A stretch of 64,000 bases of DNA from a bacterium (GCA_947465765.1 CANIAP010000001.1:9349-73348); one strand, 5' to 3'; counted from the first letter of the stretch, positions 17,168 through 27,790 are shown. A program made the numbers and translations. Notes: a model not told the origin generated them from the sequence alone.

Positions 17168-20100
17168 TTACCCGTTCAAAAAGTTGAGCCGATTTACAGC
17201 GACGGTGAGCGTGGTTAGGTTGGTATTTCGTGAGCCTTTGAGTTCCGATAGGGTTTCGAAATATATCTTGAAGTCCAATTGATGAAGCTGTTGGAGTGCG
17301 TTGATGGCGTCATCAATTTGTGGTTTTTTCGTAGTATCTTTCCCTGTCACCTGGCGAATGATGGTAAATTTTTGCATTTTCACGGTTTGGAGCAAAATGC
17401 CCTTATGCGACAATTCCCACTGGGTTCGTGGGTCGAGATTTTGGATGGCATTTTCGACCCATTTTAATTCAAATTTGGATTCGATGGTGTCGATGAGGTC
17501 CACGATTTGGGCGATTCCCTTGATTCCGAATTTTAGCTGAAGAAATAATATGTCAGTAATACAATTTAACCCATCGAGGCTCACCAATTGTTTGGCCGCT
17601 GTTTCGGGGAGTCCCCGGTGTTTCCATCGGGCCACTGCGGCTTTATTGCTTGTGATTTTGGGGAGGATTTCGGCGACTAACTGACCAATTAATGGTGCCC
17701 ACTCGAATGAGGTGTCAAAATTGGGGAGCAATAGAAGAGACTGTGTCCATTCCGTAAGGTAATGCTCGATCTCGATGAGTGCCGTGTATTTATCCTGTTC
17801 CGGAATGGGTTCCTGGATTATCAACTGGCGGAGTTCGTGTGTTCCGAATGATGAGTCCAAAAGGTAATAGGCTTTGGCAATTTGGTCCACTGGTTTTCCG
17901 GTCATTTGCTCCATCTGGAAGAAAAATAGAATTCCGGCTTGATTGATAATTTTGTTGGTGAGAATCGTTCCCAATATGTTTCGTTGAAGACGATGCTTGG
18001 GTATTTTTTTGCCAATTTTGTTTCGAATAGTGACCGGAAAATAATGCTCATAAAATTCGATAAAATAGGGGTCGTCGAGGATGTTAGAATTCATCAGACG
18101 ATCGTAAATGTTCATTTTTGTGTAGGCTTGAATAACCGCTAAAACGGGACGAGGCAACGATGTTCCTGATGCCGCCATTTGTTCAAGATCCGATATCTCA
18201 GGAATTTGCTCAGTTTTGGCATCCAAAAAGCCGTTCGCAACGTAGTTCTGAATCAATTTGATAAAGATCCCCAATTGTTTCTTTGACCGGATACTGTCCA
18301 TGGACAATAGTCGATGTTGGCCTTGGTTGTTGGCAAGTACCAACTCTGACACCTCATTTGTGGCGGCCTCGAGTAGCTCGTTGCGGTCGTCCATTGAATT
18401 AAGTAAGTTTTCCTCGAGCATTTGTTTGAGAAGAATTTTGATGTTGACCTCGTAGTCAGACATGTTGACGCCGGCGGAGTTGTCGATTGCGTCCGTGTTG
18501 ATTCGTCCACCTGCCAATGCAAATTCAATTCGGGCGGGTTGTGTGACGCCGAGATTGGCCCCTTCGCCAATGACCGCTGCCCGGCAGTCGGTGATATCAA
18601 TCCGTACCGAATCATTGGTGGGATCGCCCACGGAAGATTGGGCTTGAGCACTGCCTTTAAAATAGGTTCCGATTCCGCCGAGCCACATCAAATCAACTTT
18701 GGCTTTAAGAATAAATCGGATCAATTCTTCGCCATTGATGACCGCTTCTTTAATGCCAAGTAATTCACGGATTTCGGGTGTGACAATGATTTCTTTGGCT
18801 TTCCGTTCAAAGACGCCGCCCCCTTGACTGATCGCGGAGGGGGAATAATCAGTCCATGCACTTCGGGGGAGATCAAATAGACGCTTGCGCTCGTCCCAAC
18901 TAATGAGGGCATTGGGGGAGGGATCAACGAAAATGTGAGCATGATTAAATGCGGCATGAAGTTTGATGGTTTTACTCAATAATAGGCCGTTTCCAAATAC
19001 ATCTCCGGACATATCTCCAATTCCAACTGCAGAAAAGGATTCTTTGTCGATATTTTTGCCCATTTCCATAAAATGAAGTTTGACGCATTCCCAACCCCCC
19101 CGAGCGGTGATGGCTTCTTTTTTGTGGTTGTATCCAATGCTTCCGCCGGAAGCGAACGCATCGCCCAGCCAAAATTCATATTTTTCCGATATTTCGTTGG
19201 CGATATCTGAAAATGACGCTGTGCCTTTGTCTGCGGCGACGACCAGATAGGGGTCGGTTTGATCGTACGCGATCACGTGATGCGGATGTTTGATGGACCC
19301 GTTCGTGTCGATATTGTCGGTGATATCCAATAATGCCGAAATGAATTTCCGATATTGAACGATAGACTCATTGGCGGCGTCTTCTTTTGACGCTAATGGA
19401 CGCTTGAGAACAAATCCGCCTTTTGAACCGACTGGGACGATCACCACGTTTTTAGTCTGTTGAGTTTTGACGAGGCCCAATACTTCTTTTCTAAAGTCAT
19501 CATGGCGGTCTGACCATCGTATTCCGCCCCGAGCGATGGGTCCAAATCGGAGGTGGGTCCCTTCCATGCCGACGTCGTGAACGTAGATTTCGCGATACGG
19601 TGTCGGGGCAGGCATGAATTTAACCTTTTTCGATTCAACTTTGATTGAGATAAACGTGTCTCGATTGTGCTTGGGGATATAAAAATTGGTTCGGATAGTC
19701 GCCTCAACAAGGTTAAATAAGTGGCGCAAAATAGTGTCGTCGGAGACTTCTTGTACTTGGGTCAACGTGTCATGAAATTCGTGGCTGGCCCGGGGGAGTA
19801 ATACTTCGATTCGATATTCTTGTTTGCCAAATTGGGGATCGACCGAAAATTTGGTCTCAAAGTAGCGAAATAGCGCCTTTGTGCTGGGTTTGTGGGCCAG
19901 TAAGACCGTATTTACTTTGTCTTTGCTATAGGAAGTTCCCAGCTGGAGGTAAAGGTTGCGATAGGTTTGGAGGATGTTAATGGCCCGCCATTCCAGTTCT
20001 GCACCTAAGGCAAGCGCATTGAGGCGGTCGTTTTCAGTTCGGCCTTCGAAAATTTCAGTAAGTAGACTGTTTAAAATCGATTTGAGGCGTTTCTCGTCAA

Positions 20101-21940
20101 TTTTGCTGCGGTCAGAGTTTCCCAAACGGAATGAATGGATATACCCGTACAATGTCTCTGGGGTGCCCACTCGGGTGGTGAGTTCGTCGAACACATACAC
20201 CCCGAGATTTTGAAGAATGGGCATGATATTGATAAGGTCGATTTTGTTGCGGTTATAGATGCTTAGCATCGAGGCCTTGCCTTTAAGTGATGAGTTCTCC
20301 GTATTCACCGGGCCGAGGTCAAATTGGATCGTATTTTCGTGGACCACTTTTTCGAGAAACAGAATGTCTCTGACGGTTTCGACGGGGTTTCGACGCACGC
20401 GGTGATGACTGGGAAATGCATTAATATAGTGAGCGTATAGGCGTTGTGCCGATTGCCCTGGGAACTGGGTTTGAATGGCGTCTTTAAGGCGTTCTTCCCA
20501 TGGCTTAATAAGCTCGCGAAGGTCGATTTGCAGATGGGTTTCACTGGGTTTCCAATGGGTATCGTCGGTTTGCTCAAAATAAAAATGGAGTCGGGTATGA
20601 TCTGGGCCGTCGACCTCGACCACTTCAAATTGTGAATGAGGGACGTGTTGGATGAGATAGTCTCGAATGAGTTCGATATTGGTGCGTGTAAATAAATGCT
20701 CTGGGACCGTTACCATGAGTAAGGTTCTGCCGATGCCGGTGGCTTCACGGTGGAAGCAATAGACGTCGCTAGGATTCGTGATCGATAGCACTGATTCAAC
20801 GATAAAAAGCAGATCGTCAGTGGCGCTTCGAAACAGTTCGAACTTCGGAATCGACGTAAAGATACGAATGACTTCGTTGTAGTCGTAGCTGCCAGGAAGC
20901 ATTCGTTTTGCGTCGAAGATGTGTTTCATCTTCAAATGAATAATTGGGGTTTCAAGGTTTTTAGCGAGTAACGAGCTGCGTTTTAGGACCCCAATAAAAT
21001 TATGTTCTATGGTTTGTTTGTCGATGGTCATTCGAAAGCTGAGCCGCATAAGGTGCTCAAATCTCTGAATAGGAGAATTGATCGGAATCGTGTCAAAAAC
21101 AAAGGGTGATTGATTGGTCCTCATTCTCCAGCTATGAGCGGACAATACGCTGCCGATTTGAGGGTGATCAGTCTGGTAGAGTGGGCTCAAAATGCCCACT
21201 CCATCGAAAATAGGCGCATTTGAGTTTGCAAAGTTTAATGCCGCGTACCCAAAAAACGAAAAATTGTCTTGTTGAAGCCAATCAATCAGATTGATCCACT
21301 CGTCTTTGGTTTCCGCCAGAATCACTTTGCTGAGGCTGACTTCAGCTTTAAGTTGGTCTAACTTTTGTCGGAGGGGGGTCTGGCTGAGTTGGGCATTTTG
21401 GAGTGCATTCATGTGCCGTTGAATTTGAGATAAAAAGACATCGACATGGGAGTCGTCTTCGATACCCTCGAACTCGATATAGGTAACGGAGAAGAGTCGC
21501 GTATTTGCTGTGGGTGTGGAGATCTGTTGAACTTGATTCGATGGGTTTATCGAAACAGTCATAATCGGGTGCAGCAATTTTGTGATTTTGCAGCCAAATT
21601 CTTTAAATACTTCTGAAAATGTCATGACCATAAACATCGCATCGGGGACGACATATTCGAGTACTCGGCGAATGCCTACCAATTCTGAATTTTGGTCGAG
21701 AGTAAAAATTCTGATATCACCGCCAGAAGCCAACGCATTCGTGAAAAACTGGTAGCGCTCTCCTATAAATATTTCGAAGTCATCGGGCGAGTAATTTTTA
21801 AGCGTTCGTGTGGAATTGGCCTGGAGATAACAGGTTGCAAATTGCCTGAGAATGGGGTCTTTGGGAAGCGCATTAATAAGTGGTTCAATCGCAGAGTTAT
21901 CGTCGGATTGGGAGACAGGGGTCGATTGTGGTTTCGGCAT
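17168..21940 (-). CDS. Large NAD-specific glutamate dehydrogenase (Bac_GDH family, ~180 kDa)
   Basis: 1590 aa. The catalytic core GGIRWSDRHDDFRKEVLGLVKTQQTKNVVIVPVGSKGGFVL...AADKGTASFSDIANE is typical of the ~1600-aa NAD-GDH of Streptomyces, Pseudomonas and Mycobacterium. Confidence 0.9.
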   Translation of the reverse strand: MPKPQSTPVSQSDDNSAIEPLINALPKDPILRQFATCYLQANSTRTLKNYSPDDFEIFIGERYQFFTNALASGGDIRIFTLDQNSELVGIRRVLEYVVPDAMFMVMTFSEVFKEFGCKITKLLHPIMTVSINPSNQVQQISTPTANTRLFSVTYIEFEGIEDDSHVDVFLSQIQRHMNALQNAQLSQTPLRQKLDQLKAEVSLSKVILAETKDEWINLIDWLQQDNFSFFGYAALNFANSNAPIFDGVGILSPLYQTDHPQIGSVLSAHSWRMRTNQSPFVFDTIPINSPIQRFEHLMRLSFRMTIDKQTIEHNFIGVLKRSSLLAKNLETPIIHLKMKHIFDAKRMLPGSYDYNEVIRIFTSIPKFELFRSATDDLLFIVESVLSITNPSDVYCFHREATGIGRTLLMVTVPEHLFTRTNIELIRDYLIQHVPHSQFEVVEVDGPDHTRLHFYFEQTDDTHWKPSETHLQIDLRELIKPWEERLKDAIQTQFPGQSAQRLYAHYINAFPSHHRVRRNPVETVRDILFLEKVVHENTIQFDLGPVNTENSSLKGKASMLSIYNRNKIDLINIMPILQNLGVYVFDELTTRVGTPETLYGYIHSFRLGNSDRSKIDEKRLKSILNSLLTEIFEGRTENDRLNALALGAELEWRAINILQTYRNLYLQLGTSYSKDKVNTVLLAHKPSTKALFRYFETKFSVDPQFGKQEYRIEVLLPRASHEFHDTLTQVQEVSDDTILRHLFNLVEATIRTNFYIPKHNRDTFISIKVESKKVKFMPAPTPYREIYVHDVGMEGTHLRFGPIARGGIRWSDRHDDFRKEVLGLVKTQQTKNVVIVPVGSKGGFVLKRPLASKEDAANESIVQYRKFISALLDITDNIDTNGSIKHPHHVIAYDQTDPYLVVAADKGTASFSDIANEISEKYEFWLGDAFASGGSIGYNHKKEAITARGGWECVKLHFMEMGKNIDKESFSAVGIGDMSGDVFGNGLLLSKTIKLHAAFNHAHIFVDPSPNALISWDERKRLFDLPRSAWTDYSPSAISQGGGVFERKAKEIIVTPEIRELLGIKEAVINGEELIRFILKAKVDLMWLGGIGTYFKGSAQAQSSVGDPTNDSVRIDITDCRAAVIGEGANLGVTQPARIEFALAGGRINTDAIDNSAGVNMSDYEVNIKILLKQMLEENLLNSMDDRNELLEAATNEVSELVLANNQGQHRLLSMDSIRSKKQLGIFIKLIQNYVANGFLDAKTEQIPEISDLEQMAASGTSLPRPVLAVIQAYTKMNIYDRLMNSNILDDPYFIEFYEHYFPVTIRNKIGKKIPKHRLQRNILGTILTNKIINQAGILFFFQMEQMTGKPVDQIAKAYYLLDSSFGTHELRQLIIQEPIPEQDKYTALIEIEHYLTEWTQSLLLLPNFDTSFEWAPLIGQLVAEILPKITSNKAAVARWKHRGLPETAAKQLVSLDGLNCITDILFLQLKFGIKGIAQIVDLIDTIESKFELKWVENAIQNLDPRTQWELSHKGILLQTVKMQKFTIIRQVTGKDTTKKPQIDDAINALQQLHQLDFKIYFETLSELKGSRNTNLTTLTVAVNRLNFLNG

Positions 21941-22082
21941 GGGTGATTGTCCTTACGCTGAAAAATTGGAGTGATTAAAGTTGATTTCGGGGGAAGTTCC
22001 ATAGTAACGGAGACCCGTCATGGGGGCAAACGGACAGCCATCGTTTTTTTTGCGACCGCTCTTTATGGTACACTTCGTTTTA

Positions 22083-24107
22083 ATGACTTCTATCGTCAAA
22101 AAAGCGATAAATGCCCCAATAGGGCATGACGACCGAGATCCGATTGTTTGGAATCCTCCTGGGATTTTTGAAACACGGGTGGGCGATTTTATTCATGGGG
22201 TCAATCGCCAGTTTGACCTAACGATTGATAGCTACGCGTCACTTCATCGGTGGTCTGTCACCGAAATAGGACCGTTTTGGCAGACTTTATTTGATACGGC
22301 GGGTTTAATCTATGACGGAGATTCGGCTTCGGCGGTTGAACGTGCGTGTCTTTGGCCCCGGCCCCAGTGGTTTCCCAATGTTCGAATTAACTACGCCGAA
22401 AACATGCTTAAGAATAAGTCCGACCACCCGGCACTTATTTATTATTCGGAGCATCAGCCGGTTCAAACGATCACGTTTTCGGCCCTTTCGGAACAGGTGG
22501 CACAGCTGTCGGATTGGATGCGCCAGCGAGGAATTGGGGTAGGAGATGTAGTTGCAGGATTAGTTTCCAATTGCCCGGAGGCGGTGGTGGTGCTCTTGGC
22601 AGCGGCGGCGGTCGGAGCGATTTGGACGTCCTGCTCACCCGATTCCGGGACACAGTTCGCTATTGATCGATTCAGCCAGACACTGCCTAAGTTATTGGTC
22701 GCTGTCGATGGCTACGTATATGACGACACGATTTTTACCGTTGGAGATAAGATCCAAGAATTACGGGATGGGTTGCCGACGCTTCAGTCGATGTTGATTA
22801 TTTCTCGAATTCCTGGAGCTGTTTCTGACGACGACCTGGTATTTTATGAATCGATTGTAACGTCGGTCAATCCGGTCCCTGAACTGCGATTTGAGCGGCT
22901 TAGTTTTTCTCACCCCCTCTACATTTTGTATTCATCAGGAACGACGGGTAAGCCAAAATGTTTGGTGCATAGTGCGGGAGGCAGCCTTCTTCAACATATC
23001 AAAGAACATCGACTTCAATGTGATCTTCGACCCCTGGATCGGTTGATGTATTACACGACAACATCGTGGATGATGTGGAATTGGTTGGTGTCGGGGTTGG
23101 CCAGCGATGTCACGGTTGTCTTATTCGAAGGGAAGCCAGATCCTGCGGTGGTTTGGGAGTTTATTCGGACTGCTGAAGTCAATGCGTTTGGCACCAGTGC
23201 CTCTTGGATTTCGTTATGCCAAAAAACGAAGGTGGGGCCGACGGCTGCTCAGGTGGCCTCGATTTCCCTATTGATGTCGACGGGCTCCGCGCTGTTGCGT
23301 GACCATTTTGATTATATTTACTCAGAGATTAAGTCCGATATTCAAGTCGCGTCGATTTCGGGTGGAACCGATATTGTATCTTGTTTTGCACTGGGAGGGC
23401 CTGTTCCTGTGCGTCGAGGACGCCTTCAGTGCGCCGGTTTGGGCATGGCGGTGGAGGTGTGGGATGACGATGCCCAGCGGGTGTTTGGGGTCCAAGGCGA
23501 ACTGGTATGTACCCAGCCGTTTCCGTGTATGCCCGTTTATTTCTTGAACGATTCGACCGGTGAAAAATATCATTCGGCGTATTTTGAGCGGTTTGACGGA
23601 ATTTGGACCCATGGTGATAGTGCGATTCAATATGAGGATGGAAGCCTTGAAATTGTGGGCCGATCCGACAGCACGATTAAGCATCACGGAGTTAGAGTGG
23701 GGACGGGTGATCTCTACAATGTGTTAGAAGGTATCCCGGCGATTCATGATTCGTTAGTAGTTGGCCGACGGGTGGGGGATGACGAAGACATTATCGTGTT
23801 TCTGGTACTGAACTCAGGGGAACTTCTTGATGCGACTTTGAGGCGAGATATTCGATTGGCGTTAACGGCCCAATCTCCGTGGTTTAAACCAGATGCCCTT
23901 TTTAAAGTGTCTGATATCCCCGTTACCGCCAACGGAAAAAAGAGCGAAATTCTGGTTAAAAATCTACTCAACGGGACTCCCATAAGCAATTTGTCGGTGA
24001 TTAAAAATCCGAGATGTTTAGTGGAATATCAGGAAATTGCAAAACAAATATCCGATGCGGAGGCACTCAAACGGAGTCGATCGGGGCGTACAGAGTCTAG
24101 ATCTTAG
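22083..24107 (+). CDS. Acetoacetyl-CoA synthetase (acetoacetate-CoA ligase, AMP-forming)
   Basis: WPRPQWFPNVRINYAENML N-terminal region, the AMP-binding motif YSSGTTGKPK, and a C-terminus like AACS. I trimmed the N-terminus to the Met at 22083; the first 21 codons of the supplied ORF look non-coding. Confidence 0.8.
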   Translation: MTSIVKKAINAPIGHDDRDPIVWNPPGIFETRVGDFIHGVNRQFDLTIDSYASLHRWSVTEIGPFWQTLFDTAGLIYDGDSASAVERACLWPRPQWFPNVRINYAENMLKNKSDHPALIYYSEHQPVQTITFSALSEQVAQLSDWMRQRGIGVGDVVAGLVSNCPEAVVVLLAAAAVGAIWTSCSPDSGTQFAIDRFSQTLPKLLVAVDGYVYDDTIFTVGDKIQELRDGLPTLQSMLIISRIPGAVSDDDLVFYESIVTSVNPVPELRFERLSFSHPLYILYSSGTTGKPKCLVHSAGGSLLQHIKEHRLQCDLRPLDRLMYYTTTSWMMWNWLVSGLASDVTVVLFEGKPDPAVVWEFIRTAEVNAFGTSASWISLCQKTKVGPTAAQVASISLLMSTGSALLRDHFDYIYSEIKSDIQVASISGGTDIVSCFALGGPVPVRRGRLQCAGLGMAVEVWDDDAQRVFGVQGELVCTQPFPCMPVYFLNDSTGEKYHSAYFERFDGIWTHGDSAIQYEDGSLEIVGRSDSTIKHHGVRVGTGDLYNVLEGIPAIHDSLVVGRRVGDDEDIIVFLVLNSGELLDATLRRDIRLALTAQSPWFKPDALFKVSDIPVTANGKKSEILVKNLLNGTPISNLSVIKNPRCLVEYQEIAKQISDAEALKRSRSGRTESRS

Positions 24108-24933
24108 ATTTCCTAAGAAATTCAGGCGAGCCAATCGGACGAAGGATATCGGGTGCGTTATGAATTGCGTCTACGAATTGATCAATTAGGGCGGCATTGT
24201 TTTCGGCAATTTCGCCAGACGATAGTAGATGATTATTCTCGAATCCAATCCGAACATGACCGCCGTTGCGTACGGATTCTAACATGCACTCCAATTCGTC
24301 TTCGCCAAATGCACATACTGTCCAGTGGAGGGACACGTCGCTTAATGTTGCGTTGTGGGCTTCAATAAACGGAGCCAATTCGGATGGGTGGCCTTTTTGC
24401 CCGGTTTTTTTTCCCAATACGTACAGCAAAAAATACTGAGGTTCGTTGGGGACAATTCCACGTGTCCGTAACTCTGCAAAATATCGGACGTCATCATCTG
24501 AATAACAAATGTATTGAACCAAAATATCTTGGGCATGAGCCCAGTTTAAAAACGATTGGGCGGCAGGTTCAAACGAGGGGTCTGGAACCAATTCCCGAAT
24601 CCCAATGGATGCCGACTCAGGGACCAATGCCTGAATCGTTGAGATCATGTCGGGGGCTGAATATATCCCTACGGTTTCGGTCGTCACTTGAAGCACCATT
24701 CGGTCACCGACGGCCTTTCGAATTGCGGTCAATGCCGTCCGATACCGATCGGGGTCTAATGAATGGCGTTGGGCGTCGTCGCGGACATGAAGGTGAAATA
24801 ATGAGACGCCGGCATCGGCACATCGAACGGCTTCTGCTGCAAGTTCATCCGGTGAGATGGGAATCGTAGGGAGGTCCATCTTGGTTTTTCGTGCCCCGTT
24901 TGGGGCCACGCAGATTGTAATCGCGCGGGTCAT
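24097..24933 (-). CDS. BKACE-family beta-keto acid cleavage enzyme (3-keto-5-aminohexanoate cleavage enzyme-like, DUF849)
   Basis: ICVAPNGARKTK...SLFHLHVRD is the N-terminal BKACE signature, in a 278-aa TIM-barrel-sized protein. Confidence 0.8.
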   Translation of the reverse strand: MTRAITICVAPNGARKTKMDLPTIPISPDELAAEAVRCADAGVSLFHLHVRDDAQRHSLDPDRYRTALTAIRKAVGDRMVLQVTTETVGIYSAPDMISTIQALVPESASIGIRELVPDPSFEPAAQSFLNWAHAQDILVQYICYSDDDVRYFAELRTRGIVPNEPQYFLLYVLGKKTGQKGHPSELAPFIEAHNATLSDVSLHWTVCAFGEDELECMLESVRNGGHVRIGFENNHLLSSGEIAENNAALIDQFVDAIHNAPDILRPIGSPEFLRKSKI

Positions 24934-26270
24934 TGAATCACAGAGTGGATCGCTTGGGCTAGTTTACTGACCAGTTCATCAATCTGAGTTTCAGTGATGA
25001 TGAAGGGGGGGGAAATCATAATGTGGTCGCCATGTTTTCCATCTAAAGTTCCGCCCATCGGGTAGCACATTAGACCGGCGTCCATTGCCGCTTTTTTTAT
25101 TTTTACATTGATTTTGAGAGTGGGGTCGAATGGCGTTTTGGTGGCGCGATCCTGGACCAACTCTAATCCCCGGAATAGCCCTCGGCCTCGAATATCCCCC
25201 ACATTCGAGTGATTTCCAAACTCCGCGTGGAGTCGTTTCGAGAGAATGTCGCCCATCGTTCGCACTTGGCTGATCAATTGATCACGTTCAATAATTTCTT
25301 GAACTTTAAGTGCTGTAGCACAGGCCAATGCGTGCCCCATGTAAGTATGGCCATGTTGAAAAAATCCGGTACCCGTCTGAATTGCACTAAATATCGAGTC
25401 GGAGACCAGTAATGCGCCGATGGGTTGGTATCCTGCACCCAAGCCCTTGGCTATGGTGATCATGTCGGGAATAATGCCTTCTTGTTCACAGGCGAAGAGA
25501 CTTCCCACACGGCCCATTCCGCACATCACTTCGTCGAGAATCAGTAGAACATCATACTGATCGCAGATCTCACGGATCCGCTTAAAATATCCAGGCGCTG
25601 CAGTGACACAGCCCATGGTTGCGCCGACCACTGGTTCTGCAATGAACGCGGCTACCGTTTCGGGCCCAACATGCAAAATTTCGGTTTCTAGTTCATTCGC
25701 GACACGTAATCCATATGCCTCAGGTGTTTCATCCGATTTCTGTCCACGGTATTCATAACATGCAGAGATGTGTGATGTGGGTACCAGTATCGGGTCAAAC
25801 ATTGCGCGACGCCACAGATTGCCGCCGGCTGATAATGCGCCGATTGTGTTGCCGTGATAGCTTTGCAACCGGGCAATAACTCGGTGTTTTTGATTGCGGC
25901 CTGTTTCGACAAAATATTGCCGTGCCAATTTAAGTGCGGCTTCTACGGCCTCTGATCCGCCAGACAAAAAATAAACGGCATCGATTCCTGGCGGGGCATT
26001 TAGAGTTAAAAACTCAGCCAACTGTTCCATGGGCTCGTTTGTGAAAAAACTGGTATGCGCAAATGCCATTTGGCGTGCCTGGTGAGCAATTGTATCAATG
26101 ATTTCGAGGTTGGAATGCCCAAGACAGGAGACGGCGGCTCCGGACGACCCGTCTAAATAGCGTTTTCCATTTTGGTCGATGAGGTAACATCCATCGCCTG
26201 CAACGGCGATGGGCATCGACCCTAGCGTGTGGCGATGAAAAACCTTGGTTGAGGCGAGTGGCGGTGTCAT
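24930..26270 (-). CDS. Class-III (aspartate aminotransferase family) PLP-dependent aminotransferase, omega/beta-amino acid type
   Basis: LSGGSEAVEAALKLARQY..., DEVMCGMGRVG, and the lysine-bearing region ITIAKGLGAGYQPIGA. 446 aa. Overlaps the BKACE gene by 4 bp. Confidence 0.8.
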   Translation of the reverse strand: MTPPLASTKVFHRHTLGSMPIAVAGDGCYLIDQNGKRYLDGSSGAAVSCLGHSNLEIIDTIAHQARQMAFAHTSFFTNEPMEQLAEFLTLNAPPGIDAVYFLSGGSEAVEAALKLARQYFVETGRNQKHRVIARLQSYHGNTIGALSAGGNLWRRAMFDPILVPTSHISACYEYRGQKSDETPEAYGLRVANELETEILHVGPETVAAFIAEPVVGATMGCVTAAPGYFKRIREICDQYDVLLILDEVMCGMGRVGSLFACEQEGIIPDMITIAKGLGAGYQPIGALLVSDSIFSAIQTGTGFFQHGHTYMGHALACATALKVQEIIERDQLISQVRTMGDILSKRLHAEFGNHSNVGDIRGRGLFRGLELVQDRATKTPFDPTLKINVKIKKAAMDAGLMCYPMGGTLDGKHGDHIMISPPFIITETQIDELVSKLAQAIHSVIQ

Positions 26271-26272
26271 GG

Positions 26273-27790
26273 TTATTTCGTCAATAAGAAACCGGTATCG
26301 TCGCTAATAATGCGATCCATATATCCTGATATCCATAGAGCGTCAGGGTTGCTTCTGGCGACAATAATATTGCCGAGAATGTCCCCGCCGGATGGGGCGC
26401 GTAAAACCTTCAAAATAATGGTGCCGTTGGTGACACCGATGACTTCCATTTTTCCGTATTCAGTTGACATGGTGTATCGGGCTTGTTTCTCTACACCGGA
26501 TAACCCGCGTTGGGATTCGGTATAAATTCGCCATGCGGTTTCTACGGGCACGGCGAAGAGCCGGTGGCCTTCGATTTCTCGACATTGAAACAAATAATGA
26601 TTCCCGATCCCTTTAGAGTAAAGCTCTCGTTGCAAAATGTGGAGGGCTTTGGCATCGTCGTTCACATCGGCAATGATCGGCGTCTGATTCTCGAGAGAAA
26701 TAAAATTACCTCGGGAGGTCAATCCTTCAACGGCGTTTCGGACGGTTTCCATCCATACATATCGGCTATTTACCTTGACGTAGTGCCCGTCATCAGATTT
26801 TTCAAGAAATTCATCGGGATGGGTGAAGTGGACGGCGAATACGACGCGAACCCGAGGGAATAGTTTATGGAATCCATCGAGCATTGCAAAGAAATCTGCG
26901 TCGACGCGCTCGGGGAAAAAGGCCAATTCTTTGGTGCCGATCCGTACTTGTTCGACCCCAGCCTGGGCGAGGCCTACCATAAACGTGGCAATTCGTTTGT
27001 CCATAAGGGCGAGAGGATCTCCGCCGGAAAGAAGTGCTTCTCGAATCGGATAAATTCGCTTCCCTGTTTCGGGGTCAAAGCCACGATTGGATTCTACCCA
27101 GTGATTATGTTTTCGGATGTAGTCGAGGTGGGCGTGGAACTCATCGGGGTTGATCGCTGTTTTGCCGGTTTTTTGAGTAAATAAATCGAGTCGATAACAA
27201 TACCGACAATGAGACGAGCAGGTGCTTGATACCATGAAAAGCATCATTTCATATTTGTGAAGTGCGCCAGGTACAGGAGAAAATTTATTCTGATTGGAAG
27301 GGTCTGCTTCCCCACTTAAATCTTCGGTTTCTTCGGCACGTGCTTTGACTAAGTTGCGGATGGGTTGACTCTTCATCGCTAACCGCATGTAGTAGTCGGT
27401 GATTTTGACTTTCATACGGTCTTCGATATCTCGCTCAGTCCCTCGAAGTTTATCAAATTCAGCTAACTCTTCAGGTGTATAAAATTCTTTAAATTCATCT
27501 GAAACCGCCCCTTGTGAAAAGGGACGAAATGACGCGGTTCCGGCGCCATGTTTGCCGCCACGATCATGTCTTTTTGCGGGGATCAAACTTAAAAATAAGG
27601 CTTGTTTGACTTCGTCTGCCATTGTTCTCAAATCGGTGGTGTTAAATGTAGTGAGATCGTGAATTCCGAATGTGCCTGCAAGATCGGCTTGGAGTGTTGA
27701 CGGGTGAGGTGCCGCATTTTTAGGTTCCTCGATCGTCGATTCAATGGTTTGGGTAGCGGTTATTTCTTTTTGTGTATTCTGGGTAGTCAT
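26273..27790 (-). CDS. KamA-family radical SAM aminomutase (lysine 2,3-aminomutase-like) with an N-terminal extension
   Basis: CSSHCRYCYR is the CxxxCxxC cluster of the KamA family. The C-terminal PLP-binding region is KamA-like. 505 aa versus ~416 for canonical KamA. Confidence 0.85.
   Translation of the reverse strand: MTTQNTQKEITATQTIESTIEEPKNAAPHPSTLQADLAGTFGIHDLTTFNTTDLRTMADEVKQALFLSLIPAKRHDRGGKHGAGTASFRPFSQGAVSDEFKEFYTPEELAEFDKLRGTERDIEDRMKVKITDYYMRLAMKSQPIRNLVKARAEETEDLSGEADPSNQNKFSPVPGALHKYEMMLFMVSSTCSSHCRYCYRLDLFTQKTGKTAINPDEFHAHLDYIRKHNHWVESNRGFDPETGKRIYPIREALLSGGDPLALMDKRIATFMVGLAQAGVEQVRIGTKELAFFPERVDADFFAMLDGFHKLFPRVRVVFAVHFTHPDEFLEKSDDGHYVKVNSRYVWMETVRNAVEGLTSRGNFISLENQTPIIADVNDDAKALHILQRELYSKGIGNHYLFQCREIEGHRLFAVPVETAWRIYTESQRGLSGVEKQARYTMSTEYGKMEVIGVTNGTIILKVLRAPSGGDILGNIIVARSNPDALWISGYMDRIISDDTGFLLTK

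Noticed and set aside
22020-22082. First 21 codons of the supplied acetoacetyl-CoA synthetase ORF
   Set aside because: They lie upstream of the region homologous to AACS N-termini and sit within a divergent promoter region. A later Met was chosen.
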